Origin: Flavobacteriales bacterium
GTDB taxonomy: Bacteria > Bacteroidota > Bacteroidia > Flavobacteriales_G > NORP312
DNA length: 38,215 nt
NCBI GenBank assembly: GCA_018669945.1
Contig: JABHTA010000211.1
Span: 1 to 38,215 of the forward strand
Direction: 5' to 3'
Position numbers and translations under genes: made by a program. This document shows positions 27,410 through 36,189 of the stretch, one piece after another. Numbering within the stretch: the stretch's first letter is position 1; the number at the start of each line of letters is the position of its first letter. A model generated the notes under the pieces. The model saw nothing but the letters and a program-made list of their open reading frames with translations. It searched no databases and had not been told where the DNA came from.

Positions 27410-28171
27410 TTACCAAGTTGCATCAGGATAGGCTCTAGGAAGAAATTGCATTTCTGCTAGTATAAATCCTAAATGCTCAGTATGCCTTCCCTCCTTACCC
27501 CCAAGTTGTTCCCAATTATTAGTCGGCAGAATTAACGTTGCTTCTTGAACAATTGATCTAACATATTGTTCCCATTTAGGCTTTATTTTATTCAAATCAA
27601 CTGCAATACCTTTACTCGTGAGTATTTCATCAACCTCATTAACCGCAAAAAACTCCCCTGTAAAACGCCATAAATCATTTAAAGGTTCTTGCACTCGACC
27701 ATGACTTTCCTCTGTACCATCGCCCATTCTCAACATCCATTTAGTGCTATGCTGCATATGATATGTAACTTCTTTTAACGATTTTTCCGCATATCCAGAA
27801 AAAAATTGATCTTTGGAATTGACGAGCTCATTCAAAAAGAAATAATGAAACGAATCGAACAAAAATTGACGCACAATTGTCTTTCCATAATCTCCGTTAG
27901 GTTGCTCACACAATAAGTGGTTCCTATAAAAAGTAACATCACGCAAGTAAGCTAAATCATCTTCGCTTCTACCTTTTCCTTCTACCTTTCCGGCATAATC
28001 TAGGACTGATCTAGCCTGACCAACTAAATCTAAAGACACATTTATTATAGCTATGTCTTCTTCTAAAATTGGGCCATGACCACACCATTCCGAAAGTCTG
28101 TGACCAATAATTAAACTAGAATCTCCTATTCTTAAACAGTAATCGAATAACGCCTCTTGCTCAGTCATCAT
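27410..28171 (-). CDS. paaC: 1,2-phenylacetyl-CoA epoxidase subunit C
   Basis: 253 aa. LGDSSLIIGHRLSEWCGHGPILEEDIA..N..LDL.GQAR pattern and its position between paaB and paaD. Confidence 0.8.
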   Translation of the reverse strand: MMTEQEALFDYCLRIGDSSLIIGHRLSEWCGHGPILEEDIAIINVSLDLVGQARSVLDYAGKVEGKGRSEDDLAYLRDVTFYRNHLLCEQPNGDYGKTIVRQFLFDSFHYFFLNELVNSKDQFFSGYAEKSLKEVTYHMQHSTKWMLRMGDGTEESHGRVQEPLNDLWRFTGEFFAVNEVDEILTSKGIAVDLNKIKPKWEQYVRSIVQEATLILPTNNWEQLGGKEGRHTEHLGFILAEMQFLPRAYPDATW

Positions 28172-28179
28172 ATTTAGAA

Positions 28180-28467
28180 TTACATGTGACCAATTTCATC
28201 AGGAATATCATAAAATGTTGGGTGGCGATAAACTTTGTCTTCTGCAGGATCAAACATCGGCCCTTTTTCTGTAGGGTTTGATGCATGTACGTTTGATGAT
28301 AGAACCACCCATATACTTATACCTTCGCTTCTTCTAGTGTAAACATCACGAGCATTTTCAATAGCCATTTCTTCATCAGATGCACGAAGACTTCCCACGT
28401 GTTTATGATTTAAACCTTGCCTACTTCTTATAAAAACCTCCCAAAGAGGCCAATTTCCATTAGTCAT
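28180..28467 (-). CDS. paaB: 1,2-phenylacetyl-CoA epoxidase subunit B
   Basis: 95 aa. WPLWEVFIRSRQGLNHKHVGSLRASD...ARDVYTRRSEGISIWVV is the characteristic PaaB sequence. The start overlaps the paaA stop (TAATG). Confidence 0.9.
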   Translation of the reverse strand: MTNGNWPLWEVFIRSRQGLNHKHVGSLRASDEEMAIENARDVYTRRSEGISIWVVLSSNVHASNPTEKGPMFDPAEDKVYRHPTFYDIPDEIGHM

Positions 28468-29402
28468 TATGCTACTTTCTTTTTAATTCGTTGTTTTTCT
28501 GCGTATGCATTTGCCGCCTCTATTACCCACAAACCGTTCTTCTTAGAATTAGCGCGAGCCGAAACTCTTTCTTTATTACAGGGTCCATTTCCATTTACTA
28601 CATTAAAAAACTCATCCCAATCTATTTCTCCAAATTCATAATGACCAGTTTCTTTATTCAATTTTAAATCAGGATCAGGAATGGTAAGTCCTAAAAAGTT
28701 AGCTTGCGGGACTGTCATGTCAATAAACTGCTGTCGTAAATCATCATTAGTATAACGTTTAACCTTCCAAGCCATGGATTGCACAGTATTAGGTGAATCC
28801 TTATCACTTGGTCCAAACATCATTAACGATGGCCACCAAAACCTATTTAATGCATCTTGCGCCATCTCTTTTTGCTCTTTTGTACCGTTACACATGTGAA
28901 TCAACAATTCATACCCCTGACGTTGATGAAAACTTTCTTCTTTACAAATCTTAACCATTGCGCGAGAATATGGTCCATAAGAAGTTCTTTGCAATGCTAC
29001 TTGATTCACAATAGCTGCTCCATCTACTAACCACCCTACAGCCCCCATATCTGCCCATGAAAGAGTCGGGTAGTTAAATATACTAGAGTATTTAGCCTTA
29101 CCTGAGTGCATATCATCAATTGTTTGCTCTCTGTCGGTTCCTAATGTTTCCACAGCACTATATAAATACAAGCCATGACCTGCTTCGTCTTGAACTTTAG
29201 CTAACAAAGCCACTTTTCTTCTTAAGGATGGTGCTCTAGTAATCCAGTTACCTTCTGGTAACATACCTACAATTTCTGAGTGTGCGTGTTGAGAAATTTG
29301 TCGCACTAATGTTTTCCTGTATGCATCAGGCATCCAATCTTTAGGCTCAATTTTAATATCCCTATCAATCTTTGCCTGAAACTCGTCTTCCTTTTTAGTC
29401 AT
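28467..29402 (-). CDS. paaA: 1,2-phenylacetyl-CoA epoxidase catalytic subunit A (ferritin-like di-iron oxygenase)
   Basis: 311 aa. Di-iron carboxylate motifs in ...QHAHSEIVG..., ...[11 protein letters not shown]..., ...[10 protein letters not shown].... First gene of the minus-strand paa operon. Confidence 0.9.
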   Translation of the reverse strand: MTKKEDEFQAKIDRDIKIEPKDWMPDAYRKTLVRQISQHAHSEIVGMLPEGNWITRAPSLRRKVALLAKVQDEAGHGLYLYSAVETLGTDREQTIDDMHSGKAKYSSIFNYPTLSWADMGAVGWLVDGAAIVNQVALQRTSYGPYSRAMVKICKEESFHQRQGYELLIHMCNGTKEQKEMAQDALNRFWWPSLMMFGPSDKDSPNTVQSMAWKVKRYTNDDLRQQFIDMTVPQANFLGLTIPDPDLKLNKETGHYEFGEIDWDEFFNVVNGNGPCNKERVSARANSKKNGLWVIEAANAYAEKQRIKKKVA

Positions 29403-29425
29403 AGTACAAATTTTGTGACGTATTA

Positions 29426-29433
29426 CAAATGTA
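29426..29433 (-). promoter_or_regulatory. Candidate -7 promoter motif (TACATTTG on minus strand) for paaABCD
   Basis: The plus strand reads CAAATGTA. The motif ends 23 nt upstream of the paaA ATG (29402). Confidence 0.35.
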
Positions 29434-29491
29434 GCATATTGTTGCTTTTTATTTGATGATATTTCTCATTTTTATCAGATGATTTTTATAT

Positions 29492-29499
29492 TAAATTTG
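29492..29499 (+). promoter_or_regulatory. Candidate -7 promoter motif (TAAATTTG) for paaE-ferredoxin
   Basis: TAnnTTTG ending 19 nt upstream of the ATG at 29519. It shares the 116-nt divergent region with the paaA promoter motif. Confidence 0.35.
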
Positions 29500-29518
29500 T
29501 CGCTCATTTGACACAGGT

Positions 29519-30601
29519 ATGGCAAGGCAGAATGATTTAGCGATTAGAGAGATTACAAGAGAGACTGAAGATACCGTCTCAATCTCATTTGATGTGCCTA
29601 AAGAGCTGATAGAAGATTACAAATTTATCCCAGGTCAATACCTAACTTTACGTGCCAAAATAGATGGTCAAGACGTTCGAAGATCTTATTCTATTTGTAC
29701 AAGTCCTTCTGAAAATGATTTGAGGGTTGCAGTAAAACAGGTTGAAAATGGGTTATTTTCTACTTACTCAAACAAAGTTTTGGAAGTTGGGGATATTCTA
29801 ACTGTAATGAAGCCAAATGGCCGATTTACTATTAATATTTCTCCTGAAAAAATAACAAATTATTTGCTAGTAGCTGCCGGAAGTGGAATTACACCGATTT
29901 TATCTATTGCAAAAGGAGTATTAGAAGGCGAACCAGACAGTACAATTACATTAATATATGGCAATAAGACTTTCGATTCAATTATATTTAAAGAGCAAAT
30001 AGAAGGCTTAAAAAACACCTATATGGCTCGCTTCAATGTAATTCATATACTTAGCAGAGAAAGTTTAGGTTCTGAGTTAAATTCGGGAAGAATAGATGTT
30101 GCTAAATTTGAACTATTATCTAAAACAGTTATTGATATTTCATCACTAAACCAAACATACTTATGCGGACCAGCACAAATGATTACGTCAGTATCGGACT
30201 GGTTGAAAGCAAATGGAATGAAAGAAGAAAATATTCACTTTGAACTATTTACATCTCCAAATGCAGTAAAAAATGTTACAGAAAAGGTAAATAAAGATAC
30301 TATACCCAATTTAAATACAAGTAAGATAACTGTTATCATTGACGGTGATGAATTAGAATTTGAGATGCCTTTAGGCGAAACTAAAAATATACTTGATGTT
30401 GCAAACGATAAAGGTGGAGACCTACCTTTCGCTTGCAAAGGAGGTGTTTGTTGCACATGCAGGGCAAAACTTCTTGAGGGTGAAGTAGAAATGAAATTAA
30501 ATTATTCTTTAGAAACTCACGAAGTTGAAAAAGGGTTTATTCTGACTTGTCAGTCTATTCCGAAAAGTAAAAAATTAGTTATTGATTTTGACGAAGTATA
30601 A
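29519..30601 (+). CDS. paaE: 1,2-phenylacetyl-CoA epoxidase reductase subunit E (FNR-like FAD/NAD module + plant-type 2Fe-2S domain)
   Basis: RRSYSICT (flavin-binding RxYS), AAGSGITP (NAD-binding), C-terminal CKGGVCCTCRAKL...LTCQS 2Fe-2S cysteines. Divergent from paaABCD. Confidence 0.85.
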   Translation: MARQNDLAIREITRETEDTVSISFDVPKELIEDYKFIPGQYLTLRAKIDGQDVRRSYSICTSPSENDLRVAVKQVENGLFSTYSNKVLEVGDILTVMKPNGRFTINISPEKITNYLLVAAGSGITPILSIAKGVLEGEPDSTITLIYGNKTFDSIIFKEQIEGLKNTYMARFNVIHILSRESLGSELNSGRIDVAKFELLSKTVIDISSLNQTYLCGPAQMITSVSDWLKANGMKEENIHFELFTSPNAVKNVTEKVNKDTIPNLNTSKITVIIDGDELEFEMPLGETKNILDVANDKGGDLPFACKGGVCCTCRAKLLEGEVEMKLNYSLETHEVEKGFILTCQSIPKSKKLVIDFDEV

Positions 30602-30613
30602 ATAAATTAGAAG

Positions 30614-30895
30614 ATGGCAAAAGTTACAATTAAGTTAGACGGAACAGAAACCACAGTTGATTTAGATCAAAATGGAGATGTTATTTTAGAAGCAGGACTA
30701 ACTGCAGGATTAGATGTGCCATTTTCTTGTCAAGGAGGCATCTGTACAACCTGCATGGCAAAATTAGATTCTGGAACTGTAAGTATGGATAGTAACTTTG
30801 CTCTATCAGAAAAAGAAATAGCTGATGGTTTCATCCTCACTTGTCAATCGCACCCAACTTCGGATGAAGTGATTGTGAACTACGATGCCGTTTAA
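30614..30895 (+). CDS. Stand-alone plant-type 2Fe-2S ferredoxin, paralogous to the PaaE C-terminal domain
   Basis: 93 aa. CQGGICTTCMAKL...GFILTCQSHP. It aligns end to end with the last ~90 aa of PaaE (shared DG.E, PF.C.GG.C.TC.AKL, GFILTCQS, terminal D.V). Starts 12 nt after the paaE stop. Confidence 0.8.
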   Translation: MAKVTIKLDGTETTVDLDQNGDVILEAGLTAGLDVPFSCQGGICTTCMAKLDSGTVSMDSNFALSEKEIADGFILTCQSHPTSDEVIVNYDAV

Positions 30896-30925
30896 TTTGA
30901 TTCATCTCTCCTCAAATTCTGAGGA

Positions 30926-30933
30926 TATATTTG
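30926..30933 (+). promoter_or_regulatory. Candidate -7 promoter motif (TATATTTG) for the four-gene coupled module
   Basis: TAnnTTTG ending 37 nt upstream of the ATG at 30971. It is preceded by a small CCTCA/TGAGG inverted repeat after the ferredoxin stop. Confidence 0.3.
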
Positions 30934-30970
30934 TCTAGGCTTAATCTTTCCATTATTTTTACACTATATA

Positions 30971-32038
30971 ATGCGTAAAGCCATCTTATTACTAGTTTTA
31001 TTTGTTGGAGTTTCTAGCCTTCTCTGGTCTCAAAGTGACTCTACTTACACGTTTACGTTGCACGATGGAACTGTTTATCCAGTCACAATAAAAATAAATG
31101 ACCACACACTTTTGCCAAATCTGTTTTTTTCAACAGGTCTACAATTAGGCACAAGGCCGCTTAATAGCCTTGATTTTCTTATCCCAATTCAGGGTGGAAT
31201 ATATTTTACCAATAAAGCATTCGCTGAAATAAAAGTGGATTTCCCGTTAGTCAGTAGATTCGACTCTCAATATGACAAACTTGTTGAAAACGAAAACCTA
31301 AAAACGACCAACAAATTTTATATCAATACACAAATAGACTTAGGTGGTGGATATTTCTTTTTAGACACAACCAAACTTAGTCCAGTAAAAATTAAGTTTA
31401 ACGCTAAACTCGCAAACAAAAAGGACACCTTAATGGCGGCAGAAATAAAAGGGAATGTTCGCCAGTCTCTCGGAGCTAGGGGTGGTTACTTTCTTTATCA
31501 ATCTATTATTAACAATAAATACAGTAACGATTTAAATAATGACTCTTATTTAGAGCTAACAGAACAAAAAGAAAATGGTAGCCTATATGACGGGAACAAT
31601 ACACCTATTTACCACACAAACTTCAGGAGTCATTCCTTTTATTTGGGTTTAGATCTAAGAAAAATATATCACATAGTATACGCTCAAAGTACCGATACAA
31701 CTATTATGCGTTCTCGAATGTATAACCTCTATGCCGACTTTATGTACTCACCCTTTATTTCAATTGAAGAAATGAGTATTAGAAACTTTGATACAGGTGA
31801 ATCTTCAGATCACAGTGTAGAATCTATTCTAATTAAAAGACCTTGGGGTTTTCGTATTGGAGCTGAAGCTGCAATACCATTGGCAGATCATACTTCATTC
31901 GCAGTTCAGTTGGAGTCTGGCATAAGACCAGGAATAAAAAACGTAACTAGTAGAGATAATTTTTTTGGAAATATGATATTTGGACAAGTACGTTTGCTTT
32001 ATAAATTTGGAATGAAGCTTAATTTTCCTAACAAATGA
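30971..32038 (+). CDS. Secreted hypothetical protein, possibly an outer-membrane beta-barrel
   Basis: Signal peptide MRKAILLLVLFVGVSSLLWSQ. Many short alternating hydrophobic/polar stretches with Gly/Tyr/Phe (GGGYFFL, GARGGYFLY, FYLGLDL, WGFRIGAEAA, FAVQLESG, GQVRLLYKFG). No family recognised. Confidence 0.55.
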   Translation: MRKAILLLVLFVGVSSLLWSQSDSTYTFTLHDGTVYPVTIKINDHTLLPNLFFSTGLQLGTRPLNSLDFLIPIQGGIYFTNKAFAEIKVDFPLVSRFDSQYDKLVENENLKTTNKFYINTQIDLGGGYFFLDTTKLSPVKIKFNAKLANKKDTLMAAEIKGNVRQSLGARGGYFLYQSIINNKYSNDLNNDSYLELTEQKENGSLYDGNNTPIYHTNFRSHSFYLGLDLRKIYHIVYAQSTDTTIMRSRMYNLYADFMYSPFISIEEMSIRNFDTGESSDHSVESILIKRPWGFRIGAEAAIPLADHTSFAVQLESGIRPGIKNVTSRDNFFGNMIFGQVRLLYKFGMKLNFPNK

Positions 32039-32955
32039 AAGTTAAGCACATTTGCATATTATTACTTGTTCTTTCCTTTGGAATTGAATCGTGCGTTAAG
32101 AAGAATTTAAAAGCAATTGACGACAGCAATAAGGTTTACGACCCAGATATTTCACTCAATAAAATATTCTATTCCGTATCCTCTAACAACCAAAGGGACG
32201 TTTATGAGATAAATCCTGATGGAAGCGAAAAGATAAACATTACGAATACCCCGTATAGAAATGAAGACTATCCATCAGTTTCTCATGATGCAAAAAGAAT
32301 TGCCTTCGCTAGTGGTGATAGATTGTTTCAATCTGCTATTGACGGAACTGACGAAATTGAAATAACAAACAATAGTATTTTTTCTACAAAATCTTTCACT
32401 CCAACCTATTTAAGTTGGAGTGACAAAAGTAATTTTATTACATTTCAAGATCAAGAGTTTGGAGACAAACATTACATTGATTCTCAATACGATACAAAGA
32501 TAAAGAGAAGTCTTACTAAAGCATTTGAAGGGAATGGATTTTCTTCATACAACCTTTCCTTTTCTCCTGTAGAAGCGAAGGTCGTATTTACTTATACAGA
32601 ACAACCTCTTGGCGGAACCAAAATGGGAATTAGTTCTCTTGAAGGGTTTGAAAGTGACTTGATTTGGATTGATCAATTTGGCCTTCGCCCTCAATACTTC
32701 AAGGATGGCAGTAAACTGCTATATATTGGTAATGAAAGTATTGACATGATTGATATTGACGGAGAAAATAAACAGAATCTTGTTCCGATCGAATCAGACA
32801 TTTCAGGGTTCTCAGCTTCACCTGATGGAACGCAAATTGTTTATTCATCTAATATATCAGGCAACTACGAGCTATATATTTTAACAATCGATTCTAAAGA
32901 AGTGGCGCAGCTGACCAACACTGTAGAAGATGAGCTTCACCCCTTTTGGAACTAA
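32035..32955 (+). CDS. PD40/TolB-like beta-propeller lipoprotein
   Basis: The ATG overlaps the upstream TGA (ATGA). Lipoprotein-like signal ...LVLSFGIESC. Repeated PD40-type segments (DVYEINPDGSEKINITN..., SVSHDAKRIAFAS..., SPDGTQIVYSSNISGNYELYILTIDSKEVAQLTN). Confidence 0.65.
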   Translation: MKVKHICILLLVLSFGIESCVKKNLKAIDDSNKVYDPDISLNKIFYSVSSNNQRDVYEINPDGSEKINITNTPYRNEDYPSVSHDAKRIAFASGDRLFQSAIDGTDEIEITNNSIFSTKSFTPTYLSWSDKSNFITFQDQEFGDKHYIDSQYDTKIKRSLTKAFEGNGFSSYNLSFSPVEAKVVFTYTEQPLGGTKMGISSLEGFESDLIWIDQFGLRPQYFKDGSKLLYIGNESIDMIDIDGENKQNLVPIESDISGFSASPDGTQIVYSSNISGNYELYILTIDSKEVAQLTNTVEDELHPFWN

Positions 32956-33473
32956 TGCTTAGAGCTTACAAAATTGGAATTGTCTTTATTTCATTTTGTT
33001 CCCTATTTCTTATTGCTGCTGCAATAATGCCTACCAAAATTACAGTTCAACGATCTCTATTAATTGACGCTAATTCATCAATACTATTCGAACAAGTTAA
33101 CAACTTGAAGAATTGGCAGCAATGGATGTACTGGCTATCAGCTGACGCAAATATCAATATCCAATATTCTAATATTTCTTCGGGACCAAATGCCGAGTTT
33201 GAATGGTCGAAAAATAATGGTATTTCTGGAAAAGTTAAAATTCGTGAATCATTAACAAATAAAAGTGTTACAACAGAAATTTATAACGGTAATTCTGCTT
33301 TTTCATCAGAAAAATGGTTCTTCGAAGAATCACAAGAAGGTACAATTGTAACCCTAAAAAGAACATTTAAAATTTCATTTCCATTCAATGTTTTTGGGCC
33401 ATGGCAAGATGAAGTAATTGGTCCAAGTTTCGAAACTGCATTACAAGGACTTAAAACGTTTACCGCCCGCTAA
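32955..33473 (+). CDS. Membrane-anchored SRPBCC (START/polyketide-cyclase-like) ligand-binding protein
   Basis: I prefer the ATG at 32955, which shares one nt with the upstream TAA (TAATG), over the track's TTG at 32946. One N-terminal TM segment, then ITVQRSLLIDANSSILFEQVNNLKNWQQW..W... typical of the SRPBCC fold start. Confidence 0.55.
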   Translation: MLRAYKIGIVFISFCSLFLIAAAIMPTKITVQRSLLIDANSSILFEQVNNLKNWQQWMYWLSADANINIQYSNISSGPNAEFEWSKNNGISGKVKIRESLTNKSVTTEIYNGNSAFSSEKWFFEESQEGTIVTLKRTFKISFPFNVFGPWQDEVIGPSFETALQGLKTFTAR

Positions 33474-34558
33474 TGAATTTGTCAAAATGTTTTGAAGGCC
33501 TTACCGTCATTGAACTCGCCAATGTACTTGCCGGTCCTGCTGCTGGAATGTTCTTCGCTGAGCTTGGTGCAAACGTAATAAAAATAGAGAATAGCACTAC
33601 TGATGGCGATATGACTCGAAAGTGGAAACTTCCCTCTGAAGATAAAAATTCTAATATATCGGCATACTATTGCAGTGTAAATTGGAACAAAAAAGTGCAG
33701 CTTCTTAACCTCAAAAAGAAAAATGACCAAAAAATAGTTCATGATTTAATCGCTAAAGCTGATATAGTGATTAGCAACTATAAACCAGGAAAAGCAGAGG
33801 AACTGAGGATGGATTATTCAACTATAAGCGTTATTAATCCCCAAATTATCTACGCGCATATTAGCGGATTTGGAGAAGAGTCTTCAAGAACTGCATTTGA
33901 TGTTGTCTTGCAAGCAGAAACCGGATTTATGTCCATGAATGGACAGCCTAATGGACCGCCTACAAAAATGCCAGTAGCATTAATTGATGTACTTGCTGCT
34001 CATCAGTTAAAAGAAGGAATACTTGTTGGCCTTTTACAGCGCTCAAAAACAGGAAGAGGAAGCTATATTTGTTCATCACTTTACAACTCAGCAATTGCAT
34101 CTTTAGCTAACCAAGCAACAAATTGGTTAATGGCCAATCACATTCCCACTAGGCTTGGGTCAACGCATCCAAATATCTCCCCATACGGTGAAATAGTAAC
34201 AACAAAGGACAATCAAAAACTAGTCTTGGCTATTGGAACTAACAAACAATTTGTCGAACTATGTAAAATAATTGGGCGTATTGATTTATCTAAAAAAGAC
34301 GATTTTTCAACAAATGAAAAAAGAGTACTTAATCGAGAAAAATTACTTGTAGAAATTATAATTTCATTACGGAAAATTGATTCTCAATTTTTTATTGAAA
34401 ATTGTATAAAAAATGATGTTCCATGTGGGTTTGTTAAAAATTTAAAACAAGTTTTCGAAACACCTGAAGCTGCAAAAACAACTCTAAACGAGACAATTAA
34501 AAATCAACCAACATCACGCGTGAAGACAGTAGCTTTCGAAATAAAGGAATGTTTGTAA
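33473..34558 (+). CDS. Family III CoA-transferase (CaiB/BaiF/Frc family)
   Basis: The ATG shares one nt with the upstream TAA (TAATG). N-terminal GLTVIELANVLAGPAAGMFFAELGANVIKIEN..GD.TR is the family signature. The conserved Asp candidate lies in PVALIDVLAAH. Confidence 0.85.
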   Translation: MNLSKCFEGLTVIELANVLAGPAAGMFFAELGANVIKIENSTTDGDMTRKWKLPSEDKNSNISAYYCSVNWNKKVQLLNLKKKNDQKIVHDLIAKADIVISNYKPGKAEELRMDYSTISVINPQIIYAHISGFGEESSRTAFDVVLQAETGFMSMNGQPNGPPTKMPVALIDVLAAHQLKEGILVGLLQRSKTGRGSYICSSLYNSAIASLANQATNWLMANHIPTRLGSTHPNISPYGEIVTTKDNQKLVLAIGTNKQFVELCKIIGRIDLSKKDDFSTNEKRVLNREKLLVEIIISLRKIDSQFFIENCIKNDVPCGFVKNLKQVFETPEAAKTTLNETIKNQPTSRVKTVAFEIKECL

Positions 34559-34614
34559 ACATCTATTTTTTAACAAATGGAAAAATAGGCTTCTAATGGA
34601 AAGTTAACATTTAG

Positions 34615-34622
34615 TATATTTG
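34615..34622 (+). promoter_or_regulatory. Candidate -7 promoter motif (TATATTTG) for the outer-membrane barrel gene
   Basis: TAnnTTTG ending 20 nt upstream of the ATG at 34643. Confidence 0.35.
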
Positions 34623-34642
34623 TTACGTATATTTTTAATTAA

Positions 34643-35584
34643 ATGAAATTTTCAAGCTTCAAAATATTATTTTTAATATCGGTGTTGATAATACCTATCA
34701 CCGCTGATGCCCAACTTTTTAGAGGCTCTAATTATTGGAGACAATATCGTCATGAGATTAGTTTTGGTGGTGGTGCTAGTAACAGCCTTACAGAGCTTGG
34801 AGGGAGAGATCGCGCTGGATCTGACTTTATTTATGATCTTGAGCCAACACTTACTAAACATTCATTTAGTCTGGCATATCGTTATTTCATAAAGAAAAAT
34901 ATAGCTATTAGGACTAGTATTTTTTATGCTCAAGTCAGTGGTGACGATAAATTAACCAATGACATATACAGGAAAGATAGGAATTTAAATTTTAAATCAC
35001 CAATTGTAGAACTATCGTTAGTTGGTGAGTACCACCTTATTCGCGAAGTTTCGGGAAGTCGATATAAAATAAAAGGAACTAGAAGCAAAAAATCTTATTC
35101 GGTTAGTATGTATTTATTCGCTGGGCTTGGTGCGTTTTACTTTGACCCAAGAACAATGAGCGGCACAAGACTCAAGCCGTTACACACAGAAGGCCAGGGA
35201 CTAGCAGATGGGCCAAAAAATTACTCTTCTGTAAATCTTGCCGTTCCTGGTGGGTTAGGATTTAGGTATTCTATTAATACAAAATGGAGATTATCTCTTC
35301 AAGGAGGATATAGATTTACTACTACTGATTATTTAGATGATGTTAGTGGAACTTACTATAATGAAAATGACTTAATTTCGGCCTATGGTCAGGCTTCTGC
35401 TGAAGCAGCAAATCCATCGATAAATCCAGATACTTTTTCATATCCTGGAGCTCAACGTGGCGACCCTAGTGATAGAGACGGATACATGTTTGCTCAACTT
35501 CAGCTTAACTATAAATTAGTTAAGAAGAATAAATACGGAAGAGGAAAGAAAATTAAAAGAAGAAGGTCTATGCCGTCTTTCTAA
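34643..35584 (+). CDS. Outer-membrane beta-barrel protein (DUF6089-like)
   Basis: Signal peptide ...ITADAQ. Alternating beta-strand patterns (HEISFGGGASN, FSLAYRYFI, IAIRTSIFYAQVSG, VELSLVGEYHL, MYLFAGLGAFYF, WRLSLQGGYRFTTTDYLDD). Basic tail ending in Phe. Confidence 0.6.
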   Translation: MKFSSFKILFLISVLIIPITADAQLFRGSNYWRQYRHEISFGGGASNSLTELGGRDRAGSDFIYDLEPTLTKHSFSLAYRYFIKKNIAIRTSIFYAQVSGDDKLTNDIYRKDRNLNFKSPIVELSLVGEYHLIREVSGSRYKIKGTRSKKSYSVSMYLFAGLGAFYFDPRTMSGTRLKPLHTEGQGLADGPKNYSSVNLAVPGGLGFRYSINTKWRLSLQGGYRFTTTDYLDDVSGTYYNENDLISAYGQASAEAANPSINPDTFSYPGAQRGDPSDRDGYMFAQLQLNYKLVKKNKYGRGKKIKRRRSMPSF

Positions 35585-36122
35585 GATACTCTATAATTAT
35601 CTTTACAATCTTCTTAGATTCCTTATTATTTAACTGAATTCCAAAGACGATTAGTTTACCGAAATAGGAAAAGCTAATGGTCTTTTCTGTTATATTCCAA
35701 AAAGAGTTTCCCATTACTTTTGCAAAAGATTTGGTAGGTACATTAATACATTGAAATTCTTCAATATTTTCTACAAAGTAGTTTTTGACTTTCCCATAGT
35801 TTTTAATATTATTTTTTATTCGAACGCTTTCCCTAGATACCTTAATTATTTCATAACCCCATTTTCTCCAAAAAAAAGCATATACCAATTTCCACTCGAA
35901 ATAAGTCCAAAAGACCTCGTAAACAAACATTATCAACCTATCTTCTCTTGCGTAGTCTCCTCCAATTAGTTGAGTGAAAACATAAACTCCACAAAATGTC
36001 CAAGCAACTAGCCAAACAGTAAGTAGAGATTCCTGCCATTTCTCAACTTTACCCGAAATAACCACCGTTAAAATACCATCGTTTTCTGAGTAGGAAATCC
36101 TATCTGTTATGTAGTTTACCAT
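35568..36122 (-). CDS. Hypothetical membrane protein (two TM helices followed by a small soluble domain)
   Basis: The track ORF (35568..36365) runs antisense into the thiolase gene. The internal ATG at 36122 (MVNYITDRIS...) removes that overlap and has TAGATTTG 18 nt upstream. Hydrophobic segments are LLTVWLVAWTFCGVYVFTQLIGG and LIMFVYEVFWTYFEWKLVYAFFW. The 3' end overlaps the convergent gene by 17 nt. Confidence 0.45.
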   Translation of the reverse strand: MVNYITDRISYSENDGILTVVISGKVEKWQESLLTVWLVAWTFCGVYVFTQLIGGDYAREDRLIMFVYEVFWTYFEWKLVYAFFWRKWGYEIIKVSRESVRIKNNIKNYGKVKNYFVENIEEFQCINVPTKSFAKVMGNSFWNITEKTISFSYFGKLIVFGIQLNNKESKKIVKIIIEYLRKTA

Positions 36123-36127
36123 TGTTC

Positions 36128-36135
36128 TAATTTTG
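36128..36135 (+). promoter_or_regulatory. Candidate -7 promoter motif (TAATTTTG) for the thiolase gene
   Basis: TAnnTTTG ending 54 nt upstream of the ATG at 36190. Confidence 0.3.
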
Positions 36136-36140
36136 AGGTG

Positions 36141-36148
36141 CAAATCTA
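36141..36148 (-). promoter_or_regulatory. Candidate -7 promoter motif (TAGATTTG on minus strand) for the membrane-protein gene
   Basis: The plus strand reads CAAATCTA. The motif ends 18 nt upstream of the ATG at 36122 and lies to the right of the opposing plus-strand motif, so the two predicted transcripts would cross at their 5' ends. Confidence 0.3.
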
Positions 36149-36189
36149 ACGTTATTATTTTCTTACATTCGCTTATAAATTCAAGAAAC

